64,000 nucleotides of DNA from Oscillospiraceae bacterium (GCA_015064805.1 SVRN01000004.1:24965-88964); one strand, 5' to 3'; shown: positions 1-10,223, counted from the first letter of the stretch. The notes: generated by a model not told the origin, from the letters alone. Numbers and translations are program-made.

Positions 1-1
1 G

Positions 2-904
2 CACATCGTCCGAGCCGACGAGGCCGTGGGTGTGAGCATTGATGAAGACGAAGCCGCGGCGGGCGTGGTCGTAGGCAAATTCGCGAATCTTGGCAAGCAG
101 ATCGGTCCAGTTTTCCCAGTTCTTATCATCGCGGCCGATCAGATGGATCTGTCCCATGTGCAGGCCCTCGTAGCCAAGCAGAATGTACTGGCAGGCGCGG
201 TAGTAGAAAAACAGTCTGGTCTCCTGCTTGGTGATGTCGGGAACGGCCGTGCCGGCGCCCCATTGATCCTTAAAGGAGCCGTCGGAGTAGCACATAGCCT
301 CAAACGAGAAATTGCGCTCCTCGACGGGCAGATCGAACGCCTCGAATACCCATGCGGGAATCGGGATCTCGTTGACCTTGCCCGAGATGCACTCGAACAC
401 GCATGCCTCGAACACGACCTCGGGATCACGCTCGTGCACGGATTTGATAAACGCCGTCTGTCCACCGTAGGTGTCGTAGTCCTCGGGGCCGGGACTCCAG
501 CAGGTCGCGGCGCGGCAGATGTACTTGGCGCCCGTGTTCAAGATGAACTTGCGCACGTGGGAGCTGTTGCTGGAATTGGACACGAAGGAGCCCTCCAGCG
601 AAATGGTAACGGCGCGGGAGAGGTAATTGCAAAGCACCTCGTGGCTGATGGTGTCTTGAAAATAGTAGGTCATGTCAACCTCCGGTTCGTCTTCTGGGGG
701 CTCTTGCACGGGCGGTTCGTTCTGCGGCGGTTCGTTCTGCGGCGGTTCGTTCTGCGGCGGCTCGGTTTGAGTGCCGTCATCCGGTACAGGATCGGGCGTC
801 TGCTCGACGGGCGGTCGGTCGCAGCCAAACAGGCAACCGAACGATAGCAGCGCGCTGAGCAACAGCAGCAGAGCGCGTGTCAACATTTTTTCATTTTGCT
901 TCAC
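2..904 (-). CDS. Lipoprotein with Pro/Glu-rich linker and unknown, possibly glycoside-hydrolase-like domain; runs off the left edge
   Basis: Read manually: AGGAGG RBS then GTG at 904, MKQNEKMLTRALLLLLSALLSFGCLFGC (lipobox-like), (EPPQN)n linker, then an open frame to the window edge. Absent from the ORF track because there is no stop in the window. Confidence 0.8.
   Translation of the reverse strand, partial: MKQNEKMLTRALLLLLSALLSFGCLFGCDRPPVEQTPDPVPDDGTQTEPPQNEPPQNEPPQNEPPVQEPPEDEPEVDMTYYFQDTISHEVLCNYLSRAVTISLEGSFVSNSSNSSHVRKFILNTGAKYICRAATCWSPGPEDYDTYGGQTAFIKSVHERDPEVVFEACVFECISGKVNEIPIPAWVFEAFDLPVEERNFSFEAMCYSDGSFKDQWGAGTAVPDITKQETRLFFYYRACQYILLGYEGLHMGQIHLIGRDDKNWENWTDLLAKIREFAYDHARRGFVFINAHTHGLVGSDDV
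711..760. repeat. 15-bp tandem repeat (GGCGGTTCGTTCTGC x3+) encoding the EPPQN linker
   Basis: Direct inspection; in frame within the minus-strand lipoprotein. Confidence 0.9.
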
Positions 905-1062
905 GGGGGGTTCCTCCTTGTGGGCTTGATTGATTACAGCATACCACATTTTGCCGCGCGCGTCAAGAGAGATCGAAAACTTTTGCATGCCGCAAGCAAA
1001 AAATCAATTGGAAAAAAGTTGATAAATCCAACAAAAAAAGAATAAAAAAGCATAAAAATTAG

Positions 1063-1090
1063 TTGACATTGCGCAAATATATGATATAAT
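1063..1090 (+). promoter_or_regulatory. Sigma-A promoter of the transporter/GH2 locus
   Basis: TTGACA-16 bp-TATAAT with extended TGn. Confidence 0.8.
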
Positions 1091-1214
1091 GTTATATGTA
1101 ATTCGTTATAGCAAAAGCGCACAGTCACCAAGGACCCCCGAAAAAGAGCCCCCGATGGCTGTGTTTTTTTGCGGCGATGAAGGACATATCAACATTTTAC
1201 GAAAGAGGTACACA

Positions 1215-2714
1215 ATGAAAAAAGAACCTAAGCTTGATGCAAACGGCAAGCGCAAATTTGGTATGCGCGATTGCCTTGCGTATGCAGCCGGTGACCTTGG
1301 TTGTAACATGAGCTTCGCGCTCAAGGGCACGATGGCACTGTTCTGGACGCAGGTTATGGGTATGAGTGCCTGGTATTCTCTGCTCCTGATCATCGTTCAG
1401 ATCTGGGATGCCATCAACGATCCGCTGATCGGCTCTATGATCGACGCGGATAAGCACAAGTATAAGAGAAACAAGTTTTTGCAGTACATTTGGTTTGGCT
1501 CGATCGGCCTGATCGTCGGTGGTGCCTGCTGCTTCCTGCCGTTCCCGCAGGCTCCCGTTTGGGCGAAGTTCATCATCTTCATCGCCGGTTACGTTGTATG
1601 GGATGCCTTCTACACCGTAGCGAACGTTCCTTACGGCTCGTTGCTCAGCCTGATTTCCAAAGAACCCGCTGACCGTGCCTCTTTGTCTGCATGGCGCTCC
1701 ATCGGTAGCCTCGCAGGTAATATGGTTCCCATGGTCGTTTTGAAGTTCATCATTTACAACGAAGACCAGACCCTCAACGGCAATATGGTATTCCTATCTG
1801 CTTTCATTATGGGTATTCTTGGCTTCATCTGCTTCCAGTTCATGATCAAGAACACGACCATCCGCGAAGATACGGAAATTGCCTGCAATGAAGATCAGCC
1901 GAAGTTCAACGTATTTAAGGCGATGGGCAACTTCTTGAAGAACCGCCCTGCCGTTGGCGCAACGCTGGCTGCTATGGGTATGTTCATCGGTATGCAGGGC
2001 GCTACCACTGCCGTTGACGTTACCTTCCAGGTTTATTTTAAGAATGCTCAGATTTCCGGTTTGATCTCTGCGTTTGCTATGATCCCTATCGTTGTCTTTA
2101 CTCCCCTGGCACGCAAAATGGTCGTTAAGTACGGTAAGAAGGAACTGTCCATGGTGGGCGCGGTCTGCTACATTCTGGGCGCAGTCCTTTTGTTTGCCGC
2201 GCCTCTTGGCCTCATCCCCGTATCGGAAGGCAACACCGGTGTGGACCTGATCATTTATGTGGTCGCACAGCTGATCTGCTCTTTGGGCTTGGGTATCTAC
2301 TCGACGGTATCCTGGGCAATGATGGGCGACGCTATCGACTACAACGAGTGGAAGACGGGCACTCGCGAAGAAGGCACCGTCTACGCGCTGCATTCTTTCT
2401 TCCGTAAGCTGGCGCAGGGCATTGGTCCCGCCGTTGCCGTTGCTATCATGGGTACCATGGGTTACGTCAACAACGCGATCGACCCCGAGACCGGTGCTGA
2501 ATTTATCGACATCAACCTGATTTCTTGGGCTGACAGACTTCAGATCCGTTCTCTGGTTGCGGTTCTGTACCTGGTTGCCGGTCTCTTTATCTTTGTCGGT
2601 CTGGGTCTGGTTTACAATCTGGACAAGAAGACGCTTAACAAGATGAACGAAGAACTCGCTGCCAAGAGAGCCGGTGAGGCTGTTTTGGAAGAGCCTGTAA
2701 ATGAAGAGGCTTAA
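1215..2714 (+). CDS. GPH-family (MelB/UidB-like) MFS sugar:cation symporter
   Basis: YAAGDLG, WDAINDPLIG, NVPYGSL, DAIDYNEWKTG.REEG motifs; many TM segments; RBS before ATG 1215. Confidence 0.92.
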   Translation: MKKEPKLDANGKRKFGMRDCLAYAAGDLGCNMSFALKGTMALFWTQVMGMSAWYSLLLIIVQIWDAINDPLIGSMIDADKHKYKRNKFLQYIWFGSIGLIVGGACCFLPFPQAPVWAKFIIFIAGYVVWDAFYTVANVPYGSLLSLISKEPADRASLSAWRSIGSLAGNMVPMVVLKFIIYNEDQTLNGNMVFLSAFIMGILGFICFQFMIKNTTIREDTEIACNEDQPKFNVFKAMGNFLKNRPAVGATLAAMGMFIGMQGATTAVDVTFQVYFKNAQISGLISAFAMIPIVVFTPLARKMVVKYGKKELSMVGAVCYILGAVLLFAAPLGLIPVSEGNTGVDLIIYVVAQLICSLGLGIYSTVSWAMMGDAIDYNEWKTGTREEGTVYALHSFFRKLAQGIGPAVAVAIMGTMGYVNNAIDPETGAEFIDINLISWADRLQIRSLVAVLYLVAGLFIFVGLGLVYNLDKKTLNKMNEELAAKRAGEAVLEEPVNEEA

Positions 2715-2858
2715 GTTTCATTGATACCCCTTTGGCGTCCGACGTTTTTGGCGTCGGACGCCATTTTCACGATTTCATATTCCGTTAAAAAAATAGATAT
2801 TGCCACGTAAAAAACGTGTGATATCATATCAATAACAAACCAAGGGACGGAGGTTCTT

Positions 2859-5108
2859 ATGAGAACGATTCTGAATTTTAATGCCAAATGGGCATTTTCC
2901 AAAATGGTAAGTGACATTCCCGCTGCCATTGACAACCGCTGGGATTTCGTCAACCTGCCCCACTCATGGAACGCGCTGGACGGTCAGGACGGCGGCAACG
3001 ACTACTTCCGCGGCACGGCTTACTACGCCAAGGCCTTTGACAAGATCGATCTGCCCGCGGCGGCGCTGTACTATCTGGAGATCCGCGGTGCCAACTCGTC
3101 TGCTGACGTCTATCTGAACGGTCAGCATCTGGCGCATCACGACGGCGGTTACTCCACCTGGCGCGTCAATTTGACGAGTGCGATGGCCGACCGCGACAAT
3201 CTCCTGGTCATCGCCGTCAACAACGCGGCCAACGAAACGGTCTACCCGCAGGTTGCTGACTTTACCTTCTACGGCGGTCTGTACCGCGACGTCAACATCA
3301 TTTGCGTTGGCGAGTCGCACTTTGAGCTGGATCATTTCGGCACGCCCGGCCTGAAGATCACCCCCACCATCGACGGCACGACGGCGCACGTCGAGGTCGA
3401 GACCTGGGTGTGCGGCATGAAGGAGGGGCAGCTGCTCCGCTACACCCTCTACGACGCGCAGGAAAACGTCGTTGCGACGGTCGACAGCACCGACACCAAG
3501 GTCACGCTGGACATCGAAAACGTCCATCTGTGGCACGGCCGCAAGGATCCGTATCTCTACTGCTGCGAGATCGAGCTCTGTGAGGGCGACGACGTGATCG
3601 ACAACGTCTGCAACCGCTTCGGCTGCCGCACTTTCCGCATCGATCCCGACAACGGCTTTATCCTCAACGGCGAGGAATATCCTCTGCGCGGCGTGTCCCG
3701 CCATCAGGACCGTTGGGGCATTGGTAACGCCCTGCTGCCCGAGCACCATGCCGAGGATATCGATCTGATCATGGAGGTCGGCGCGACCACCATTCGTCTG
3801 GCGCACTATCAGCACGATCAGTATTTCTACGATCTGTGCGACGAAAAGGGTCTGGTCATCTGGGCCGAGATCCCCTATATCTCCCGTCATATGCCCGGCG
3901 GCCGTGAGAACACCATCTCCCAGATGAAGGAGCTGATCGTTCAGAACTACAACCACGCCTCCATCGTGGTCTGGGGTCTGTCCAACGAGATCACCATCAG
4001 CGGCTCGACGCCCGACCTGCTCGAGAACCACACCATCCTCAACGACATGGTCCACGAAATGGATAAGACCCGACTGACCACCATCGCGGCCGTGTCCATG
4101 TGCAAGATGGACGATCCCTATATTCAGATTCCCGACGTCGTTTCCTATAACCACTATTTCGGCTGGTACGGCGGCGAGACCGACATGAACGGCCCTTGGT
4201 TCGATAAGTTCCATGCAACACACCCGAACATTCCGATCGGCTGCTCCGAGTACGGCTGTGAGGCGCTCAACTGGCACACCTCCAACCCCGTGCAGGGCGA
4301 CTACACCGAGGAATATCAGGCGTACTACCACGAGGAGCTGATCCGTCAGTTCTTCACCCGCAAATACATGTGGGCAACGCACGTCTGGAATATGTTCGAC
4401 TTCGGTGCCGACGCGCGCGCCGAGGGCGGTGAAAACGGCCAGAACCATAAAGGTCTGATCACCATGGACCGCCGATACAAGAAGGACGCCTTCTACGCTT
4501 ACAAGGCATGGCTGCGCTCCCCCGAGGAAGCCCCCTTCGTCCACCTGTGCGGCAAGAGATATATCGACCGCGTTGAGGATGTGACCAAGGTCACCGTCTA
4601 CTCTAATTTGCCCGAGGTCGAGCTGTTTGCCAACGGTGTCAGCCTTGGCAAAAAGGCGGCTGAGGATCACTTCTTCTATTTCGACGTGCCCAACGTTGGG
4701 GAGACCCAACTGGTTGCCGTTGCGGGTGACTATCGTGACGAGAGCCTCATTCGCAAGGTCGAGGTCTTCAACGAGTCCTACCGCCTGCGCGAAAAGGGCG
4801 CGATCCTCAACTGGTTCGACATTACCGAGGTCGAAGGACACCTCTCCATCAACGACAAGATGAGCGATATCATGGCAACGCTGCAGGGCAAGATGCTCAT
4901 CGGCGGCCTGCTGCTCAAGTTCATGCCCAAGAAGGGCGAGAAGATGATGGGCGGCTTCGAGATGAACGGCGATATGATGCAGATGATGGGCGGATTTACG
5001 TTGCTTCGTCTGGCCGGTATGATCGGCATGATGGGCATCAATCTGACCAAGGAACAGCTGCTGGATATCAACGCCAAGCTCAACAAGATCAAAAAGCCCA
5101 AAAAGTAA
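2859..5108 (+). CDS. Glycoside hydrolase family 2 (beta-galactosidase/glucuronidase-like)
   Basis: NLPHSWN, DFTFYGGLYRDV, GVSRHQD, IRLAHYQH, WGLSNE (acid/base), SEYG (nucleophile), WNMFDF. Confidence 0.95.
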   Translation: MRTILNFNAKWAFSKMVSDIPAAIDNRWDFVNLPHSWNALDGQDGGNDYFRGTAYYAKAFDKIDLPAAALYYLEIRGANSSADVYLNGQHLAHHDGGYSTWRVNLTSAMADRDNLLVIAVNNAANETVYPQVADFTFYGGLYRDVNIICVGESHFELDHFGTPGLKITPTIDGTTAHVEVETWVCGMKEGQLLRYTLYDAQENVVATVDSTDTKVTLDIENVHLWHGRKDPYLYCCEIELCEGDDVIDNVCNRFGCRTFRIDPDNGFILNGEEYPLRGVSRHQDRWGIGNALLPEHHAEDIDLIMEVGATTIRLAHYQHDQYFYDLCDEKGLVIWAEIPYISRHMPGGRENTISQMKELIVQNYNHASIVVWGLSNEITISGSTPDLLENHTILNDMVHEMDKTRLTTIAAVSMCKMDDPYIQIPDVVSYNHYFGWYGGETDMNGPWFDKFHATHPNIPIGCSEYGCEALNWHTSNPVQGDYTEEYQAYYHEELIRQFFTRKYMWATHVWNMFDFGADARAEGGENGQNHKGLITMDRRYKKDAFYAYKAWLRSPEEAPFVHLCGKRYIDRVEDVTKVTVYSNLPEVELFANGVSLGKKAAEDHFFYFDVPNVGETQLVAVAGDYRDESLIRKVEVFNESYRLREKGAILNWFDITEVEGHLSINDKMSDIMATLQGKMLIGGLLLKFMPKKGEKMMGGFEMNGDMMQMMGGFTLLRLAGMIGMMGINLTKEQLLDINAKLNKIKKPKK

Positions 5109-5115
5109 ACAGAGC

Positions 5116-5147
5116 ACGGGAGGCGGACGTCAGTTCGCCTCCCGTTT
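5116..5147 (+). terminator. Intrinsic terminator after GH2
   Basis: ACGGGAGGCG..CGCCTCCCGT hairpin followed by T. Confidence 0.65.
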
Positions 5148-5341
5148 GACGTAGAAATGGGATAAATTGTGAATTATTTGATAAAAAATTCCTATCTGTC
5201 TTTACAAGTTTCAAAAATGTGGTAAAATATTGTTCGAGCGAAAATCGGTTTCGCTCCGTACGACCGTATGGGCATGCGGCCGCGCGTTCTCCGGTTGCCC
5301 CGTCCGCCGCCGAGCGGATGCCAAGCAAAGGTTTTTTATAG

Positions 5342-6160
5342 GTGATTGATATGAAATGGAACGCAATACATTGTGAAGCCGGCTTCTTCAACAGCCAGTA
5401 CGCTTCGCTGGGCCGTCGTTCGACCGTCAGCGGAAAAGCGCAGACGTGGGAGCTGTTGCTGTGCGACACGCAGGGAACGGCCTGCATTAACGAACAAAAC
5501 TACACGGTAGCGCAAGGAGATCTGATCTGTCTGCGCCCGGGGGATGAGTGGAAGCTGTCCTTGCCCGTACGCGCAAGCTACGTTCGCATCGGCGAGGAGG
5601 CAGAGGCCTTGGTTGAGCGTATGCAAGGCTGGGCGCGCGTGTTTTGCGTGCGTGACGCGCAGGCTATCAGGGCGGCGATGAGCGAAATTGCTATGTCTGA
5701 GCAAAAGCAGGACGAGCTTTCGCAGACGGCGGCACTTTTGTCCCTGATCGTGATGATCGAGCAGGATTACAGCAAGGACTCACGGCTGGACGTAAGGGCA
5801 CGCGCAAAAATGCGCGACTCCATCCGCGCGGGCATTGCGTATATCGAGGAGCATTATCGTGAAAAGTGCACGCTTAATCAGATCGCGGAGCACGCCGAGC
5901 GCTCGCCCATATACTTCCACGACGTTTTCCAGGACGTCATGGGCATGACGCCCTATGAGTACATCGCACAGCTTCGCTTGGACGAGGCCAAGCGGCTTTT
6001 GTCGCTGACCGACATGGAGCCCTGCGATATTGCCGAATATTGCGGATTCTGCTCCCAGTCCTATTTTAATTTTGTCTTTAAAAAGGCGATGGGCATGACA
6101 CCGCTGAACTACCGTCGCGGCGCTGCGATGCGTTATCTGAATGCGAAGGATGAGGCGTGA
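5342..6160 (+). CDS. AraC-family transcriptional regulator
   Basis: C-terminal double HTH (YIEEHY..TLNQIA..GMTPYEY..RLDEAKRLL..IAEYCGF.SQSYF..FKK..GMTP..YRR). Confidence 0.93.
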   Translation: MIDMKWNAIHCEAGFFNSQYASLGRRSTVSGKAQTWELLLCDTQGTACINEQNYTVAQGDLICLRPGDEWKLSLPVRASYVRIGEEAEALVERMQGWARVFCVRDAQAIRAAMSEIAMSEQKQDELSQTAALLSLIVMIEQDYSKDSRLDVRARAKMRDSIRAGIAYIEEHYREKCTLNQIAEHAERSPIYFHDVFQDVMGMTPYEYIAQLRLDEAKRLLSLTDMEPCDIAEYCGFCSQSYFNFVFKKAMGMTPLNYRRGAAMRYLNAKDEA

Positions 6161-6167
6161 AAGCAAA

Positions 6168-6202
6168 AGAAAGACCGACTGATATCATCAGTCGGTCTTT
6201 CT
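6168..6202. terminator. Bidirectional terminator between convergent genes
   Basis: AGAAAGACCGACTGAT..ATCAGTCGGTCTTTCT inverted repeat. Confidence 0.7.
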
Positions 6203-6223
6203 CCATTCATCCTTGATCCAAGA

Positions 6224-6505
6224 TCAACGGCCGGTCTTATTGCGGAAGCAATCGCTGCAATAAACGGGGCGATCATCGTGGGGCTCGAAAGGAACCTTGC
6301 AGGGGTTGCCGCACTCGGAGCAAACGGCGTCAAACATCTGACGCGCGCCGCCTTCGCCGCGCTCTGCCTTACGGTTTGCACGGCAAGCCTTACATCTCTG
6401 AGGCTCGTTGGTGAAACCCTTCTCTGCGTAAAATTCCTGCTCGCCGGCAGTAAAGGTGAATTCCTGTCCGCAATCTTTGCAGACCAAAGTTTTGTCGCTG
6501 TACAT
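6224..6505 (-). CDS. Zinc-ribbon protein (zf-trcl plus CxxC-x17-CxxC type)
   Basis: MYSDKTLVCKDCGQEFTFTAGEQEFYAEKGF.NEPQRCKAC ... CSECG..C.VPFEP...RPVYCSDC. Confidence 0.9.
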   Translation of the reverse strand: MYSDKTLVCKDCGQEFTFTAGEQEFYAEKGFTNEPQRCKACRANRKAERGEGGARQMFDAVCSECGNPCKVPFEPHDDRPVYCSDCFRNKTGR

Positions 6506-6693
6506 CGTTAACCCTCTTTTTCTCTTTGGCACATTTCCTGTGCAAGTAATTTATTTTACCATGCCTTATGACCTTTGTCAATAACTTTTTCACAAAAACC
6601 ATAAAAATTTTCATAAATTTTCAAAACTTCTGTGAAAAATATCACAAAAAGTCGAGAAAATCACCATGCGGCGCTCACGATCCCGTATCTTCC

Positions 6694-7263
6694 TTACACA
6701 CTCTGAAGCATCAGGGTAAGCAGGGCAGACCACGCCCGATCCTGCGCGCGGGCGATCTCGGCAAGGCTTTCGTTCAAAGCGCGGTCATAAAGGCTCCTCT
6801 CGTCGTGCAAAACGCACAGCGCGTGGGCGGCGCGCGTCTTGTTTTGCTCGGCGTAAAAACGGAAGGTGTCGGGCGGTGGCGGTTGCTTGCCGCGGGCGAA
6901 GCGGGGGAGAGTAGCGGTGGCTTCGTACAACAGCGTGCTCATGCGGCAAAGGCTGCGCAGCTCCTCGCGGCGATGCTGGCCCACCGAGGAGGTACGGGCG
7001 GGAAAGAGCAGAGCGGCGGCAAAGACCGTGCCCGTGAGCGTGTGCTGCGCCTCGGCAAAGCGGGCGCATCCGTCGCGGGGCAGGGGAGGCATGAACACGC
7101 GGAAGAGTCGGGCGTGAAGATCGGCCAGTGTGCTGGAGGCGCGACGGTTGCATTCCGAGATGCCGGTGATGAGGCTGCATGAGTCGTGCTCGGCGGCCTC
7201 GGTCAGTAGCGTCAGGGCGGTATGCGCCTCGTTTGCAAGATTGAGTAACGATTGAATATCCAT
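6694..7263 (-). CDS. Hypothetical helical protein, weakly DUF47/PhoU-like
   Basis: GGAGG RBS before ATG 7263; L..LHARLFRVFMPPLPR resembles the DUF47 'F.TP..RED' region (weak). Confidence 0.55.
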   Translation of the reverse strand: MDIQSLLNLANEAHTALTLLTEAAEHDSCSLITGISECNRRASSTLADLHARLFRVFMPPLPRDGCARFAEAQHTLTGTVFAAALLFPARTSSVGQHRREELRSLCRMSTLLYEATATLPRFARGKQPPPPDTFRFYAEQNKTRAAHALCVLHDERSLYDRALNESLAEIARAQDRAWSALLTLMLQSV

Positions 7264-7444
7264 GGCATCCTCCGGTTGGTGATGCTTCATTGTATGCGGC
7301 GGCGCGGGCAAATATGTCTGCTTGTCCAATCTGCCAAAAAAATTGGACAGTTCGACAAAATGTGCGCCGTCGCATTGAAATTTTATCGAGAATATGATAT
7401 ATATAGACTAACGCACTGGCCGTATGGCCGGAAAGGAGCGAATT

Positions 7445-9556
7445 ATGCGAGAATATGACAGAACACAAGAGCGCACGGGCGTACAGGAGAACCGCGATTG
7501 GGCACCTGAATACGACGTGCAGTCTGACTTTGTGATGGTATATGGCTTTCACGATCTGGAAAAGCGTGTTGCGCATTGGAAGGAGCACGGCTACGTCGTG
7601 CATTTGATGACGGGCGTTTCGTGGGGGCATTATAAGGATTATCTGTACGGCGAATTCGACGGCCGCGACCACCACGACGAAGGCCAGGTGCGAGGCGACG
7701 GCGTTGAGATCAACCACGGCGTTGACGTTCCGTACATGGTGCCCTCAATCTCCTACGCCCACTATCTGGCGGTCAATCTGAAAAAGGCCATCGACGCAGG
7801 CATTGACGCCATCCATCTGGAGGAGCCCGAATTCTGGGTCGCCGCAGGCTATTCCGAGGCCTTCAAGCGCGAGTGGCAGATCTATTACAAGGAACCCTGG
7901 CAGGCGCCCGATTCGAGTGCCGAGGCGCAGTACCGCGCGTCCAAGCTCAAGAGATATCTCTACACCCGCACGCTTGACCATCTGTGCGCCGAGCTGAAGG
8001 AGTACGCGCTGGTCAATTACGGAAGATTGCTCCGCTTCTACGTTCCTACCCACTCGCTGGTCAACTACAGCCAGTGGAGAATCGTCTCGCCCGAGTCGGC
8101 TTTGGTCGATTTGCCGACGATCGACGGTTATATTGCACAAATCTGGACGGGAACCTCCCGCACCGCCAATCGCTATCGCGGCGATCTGCGTGAGCGTACC
8201 TTCGATACTGCCTTTTTCGAGTACGGTATCATGCAGGAGCTGGTGCGCGGCTCGGGGCGCAGAATGTGGTATCTGCACGATCCCATCGAAGACGATCCCA
8301 ACCACACCTGGCGTGACTATCGCTACAACTACTATCGCACGCTGGTTGCCTCGCTGTTCCAGCCCGAGATCGCATCCTACGAGGTCTCACCCTGGCCGGC
8401 GCGCGTCATGACGGGTAAGCACAAGAGCGAGGACGGCACGCGCGACGAGGGCATCCCGCCCGAGTATAAGACCAACCTTCTGACCATCATGCACACCTTG
8501 CGCGACATGGAGGGGCAGGAGTGCCGCTGGGTGACCGATACCCGTCAGATCGGCATTTTGCTTGCCGACTCGGCCATGTATCAGCGTGCCTATCCCGAGG
8601 GCGTGCCCTATCGTCTGGAGGCCTCGACGGTGCGCTGGAATCCTTTCTACGGCTTGAGCCTGCCGCTGTTCAAGAGCGGCGCTTGCGTCCGTCCCGTTCA
8701 GCTGGACAACGTCCGCCGCTATGCGGGCTATCTGAACGATTACCGCGTACTGGTGCTGTCCTACGAATACATGAAGCCCGACGGCCCCGACCTGCACAAC
8801 GCCATTGCCGGCTGGGTGCGTGAGGGCGGCGTGCTGATGGTCGTTGGCGACGGCTCCGACGCTTTCCACAGCGTACGCGAATGGTGGAATCAGTCGGGCG
8901 CCGACTATCACGATCCCGCCCAGCATCTGTTCGAGGCGCTTGGCCTTGGCCGCGATCCCGCCGAGGGCGTCTACGGCGTGGGCAAAGGCCAGGTCGGTGT
9001 GTGCCGTTTGCATCCCATGAACATTGCCGAGAGCGGCGAGCTGTGTGACGACTACATGGCGCAAATGCACGCGTTGCTCCGTGCGGCAGACATGGACTTT
9101 GAGCCCTCCTCGCATCTGCTCATGCGCCGCGGTCCCTACACCGTGTCGGCCGTCATCAACGAAAGCGTTGACACCTCGCCCATGGTGGTTGAGGGCTTGT
9201 ATATGAATATGCTGGACGACAATCTGGCCGTCGTGCGCGATCCCGTACAGAATCCCGACGACGTCGGCTTCTGGATGGCGATCGACCCGAAATCGAGCGA
9301 GGCGGACGTTCTGGCGGCCTCGGGACGCGTGGAGAAGATCGCTCGCGCCGAGGGTGAGCTTTCTTTCAAGCTGACCGGTCCGTCCGAGATGAAGGCCTGC
9401 GTACGGTTGCAGACGCCGAGAAAGCCCGAGAGCATTTGTGTTATTTGCAAGGGCGAAGCTCTTGCATACGAAGCGCAGTACGACGAGGAGAGCTGTACGA
9501 CGTTGATCACGTTTGCATCGTCGGTAGAGGGTGTTGAGGTTGAAGTGGAGTTTTAA
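7445..9556 (+). CDS. Large hypothetical protein, probable glycoside-hydrolase-like TIM barrel plus GATase-like domain
   Basis: RBS before ATG 7445; IHLEEPEFW..GYSEAFKREW; Y.VLVLS..WVREGG.L resembles GH42-type trimerisation domain. Confidence 0.75.
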   Translation: MREYDRTQERTGVQENRDWAPEYDVQSDFVMVYGFHDLEKRVAHWKEHGYVVHLMTGVSWGHYKDYLYGEFDGRDHHDEGQVRGDGVEINHGVDVPYMVPSISYAHYLAVNLKKAIDAGIDAIHLEEPEFWVAAGYSEAFKREWQIYYKEPWQAPDSSAEAQYRASKLKRYLYTRTLDHLCAELKEYALVNYGRLLRFYVPTHSLVNYSQWRIVSPESALVDLPTIDGYIAQIWTGTSRTANRYRGDLRERTFDTAFFEYGIMQELVRGSGRRMWYLHDPIEDDPNHTWRDYRYNYYRTLVASLFQPEIASYEVSPWPARVMTGKHKSEDGTRDEGIPPEYKTNLLTIMHTLRDMEGQECRWVTDTRQIGILLADSAMYQRAYPEGVPYRLEASTVRWNPFYGLSLPLFKSGACVRPVQLDNVRRYAGYLNDYRVLVLSYEYMKPDGPDLHNAIAGWVREGGVLMVVGDGSDAFHSVREWWNQSGADYHDPAQHLFEALGLGRDPAEGVYGVGKGQVGVCRLHPMNIAESGELCDDYMAQMHALLRAADMDFEPSSHLLMRRGPYTVSAVINESVDTSPMVVEGLYMNMLDDNLAVVRDPVQNPDDVGFWMAIDPKSSEADVLAASGRVEKIARAEGELSFKLTGPSEMKACVRLQTPRKPESICVICKGEALAYEAQYDEESCTTLITFASSVEGVEVEVEF

Positions 9557-9566
9557 GTTTGTATAA

Positions 9567-10160
9567 CTTCTCCTACAGCCTCACACTGCGCGATTTCATC
9601 GCGCGCGTTCGGTGAAAGTTTATTGCCCCTTCTTTGCCTTGTCGCAAAGAAGGGGCGAAGAAAAGACACCAAGACGTTCCCTCTTGGAACTCCCTGGCAG
9701 CGCGAAAAGGTCGCGGCGCTCTCGCTCTGCTCATCTTTTCGCGAAGTTTCACGTCTTCAGCTTTTGCGTGCGCGAGTGAAAGAAACTCGCACACACCTAT
9801 TGGCAAAAGTTCTTGCTTTGGCCGCCCCCCGGCGCGCGTGATGAGTGCCGTCGGGTGATATAGAAAGAAAGCAGATATCTTTCTCTTGGTTCGCTTTGAA
9901 GCGCGGCGCGGCGTGAAGTGAAAAAAGATAGCTTGCTCGCAATAGGAGGCGGAGCTTTGGCTCCGCCGACGCAAACTTTGCAGATGCCAAAACGCCTTTT
10001 GGTAACCACCAAAAGATAGCAAAAGAAACAAGTTCTGCGGAGTTCCAAGGGGCATTAGGCCCCTTGGTCCTCTTTCTTGGTTCATTCTTTCTCGGACGAG
10101 AAAGAATGAACGCTAACGCACAGCGCGCCGCGTCGTGGCGCGCCAAAGCAAAGAACGTTA
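9567..10160. mobile_element. Family-1 structured intergenic element, copy A (two arms, long core)
   Basis: CTTCTCCTAC terminus, pseudoknot arms at 9625-9668 and 10067-10111, core shared with 14210-14560 and 59955-60365. Confidence 0.85.
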
Positions 10161-10223
10161 CATCCCCCACGCAAAAAAGGACCGCATGGATCAAATCTCC
10201 ATGCAGTCCTTTTGTTTTTACCA

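Noticed and set aside
26-847. 273-aa plus-strand ORF
   Set aside because: Antisense shadow of the minus-strand lipoprotein, which has an RBS, lipobox and linker.
2964-5117. Long antisense ORFs (also 41436-43391, 47575-48801, 57734-59431, 61048-62712 and others)
   Set aside because: They mirror well-supported genes; expected from strong codon bias; no recognisable motifs.
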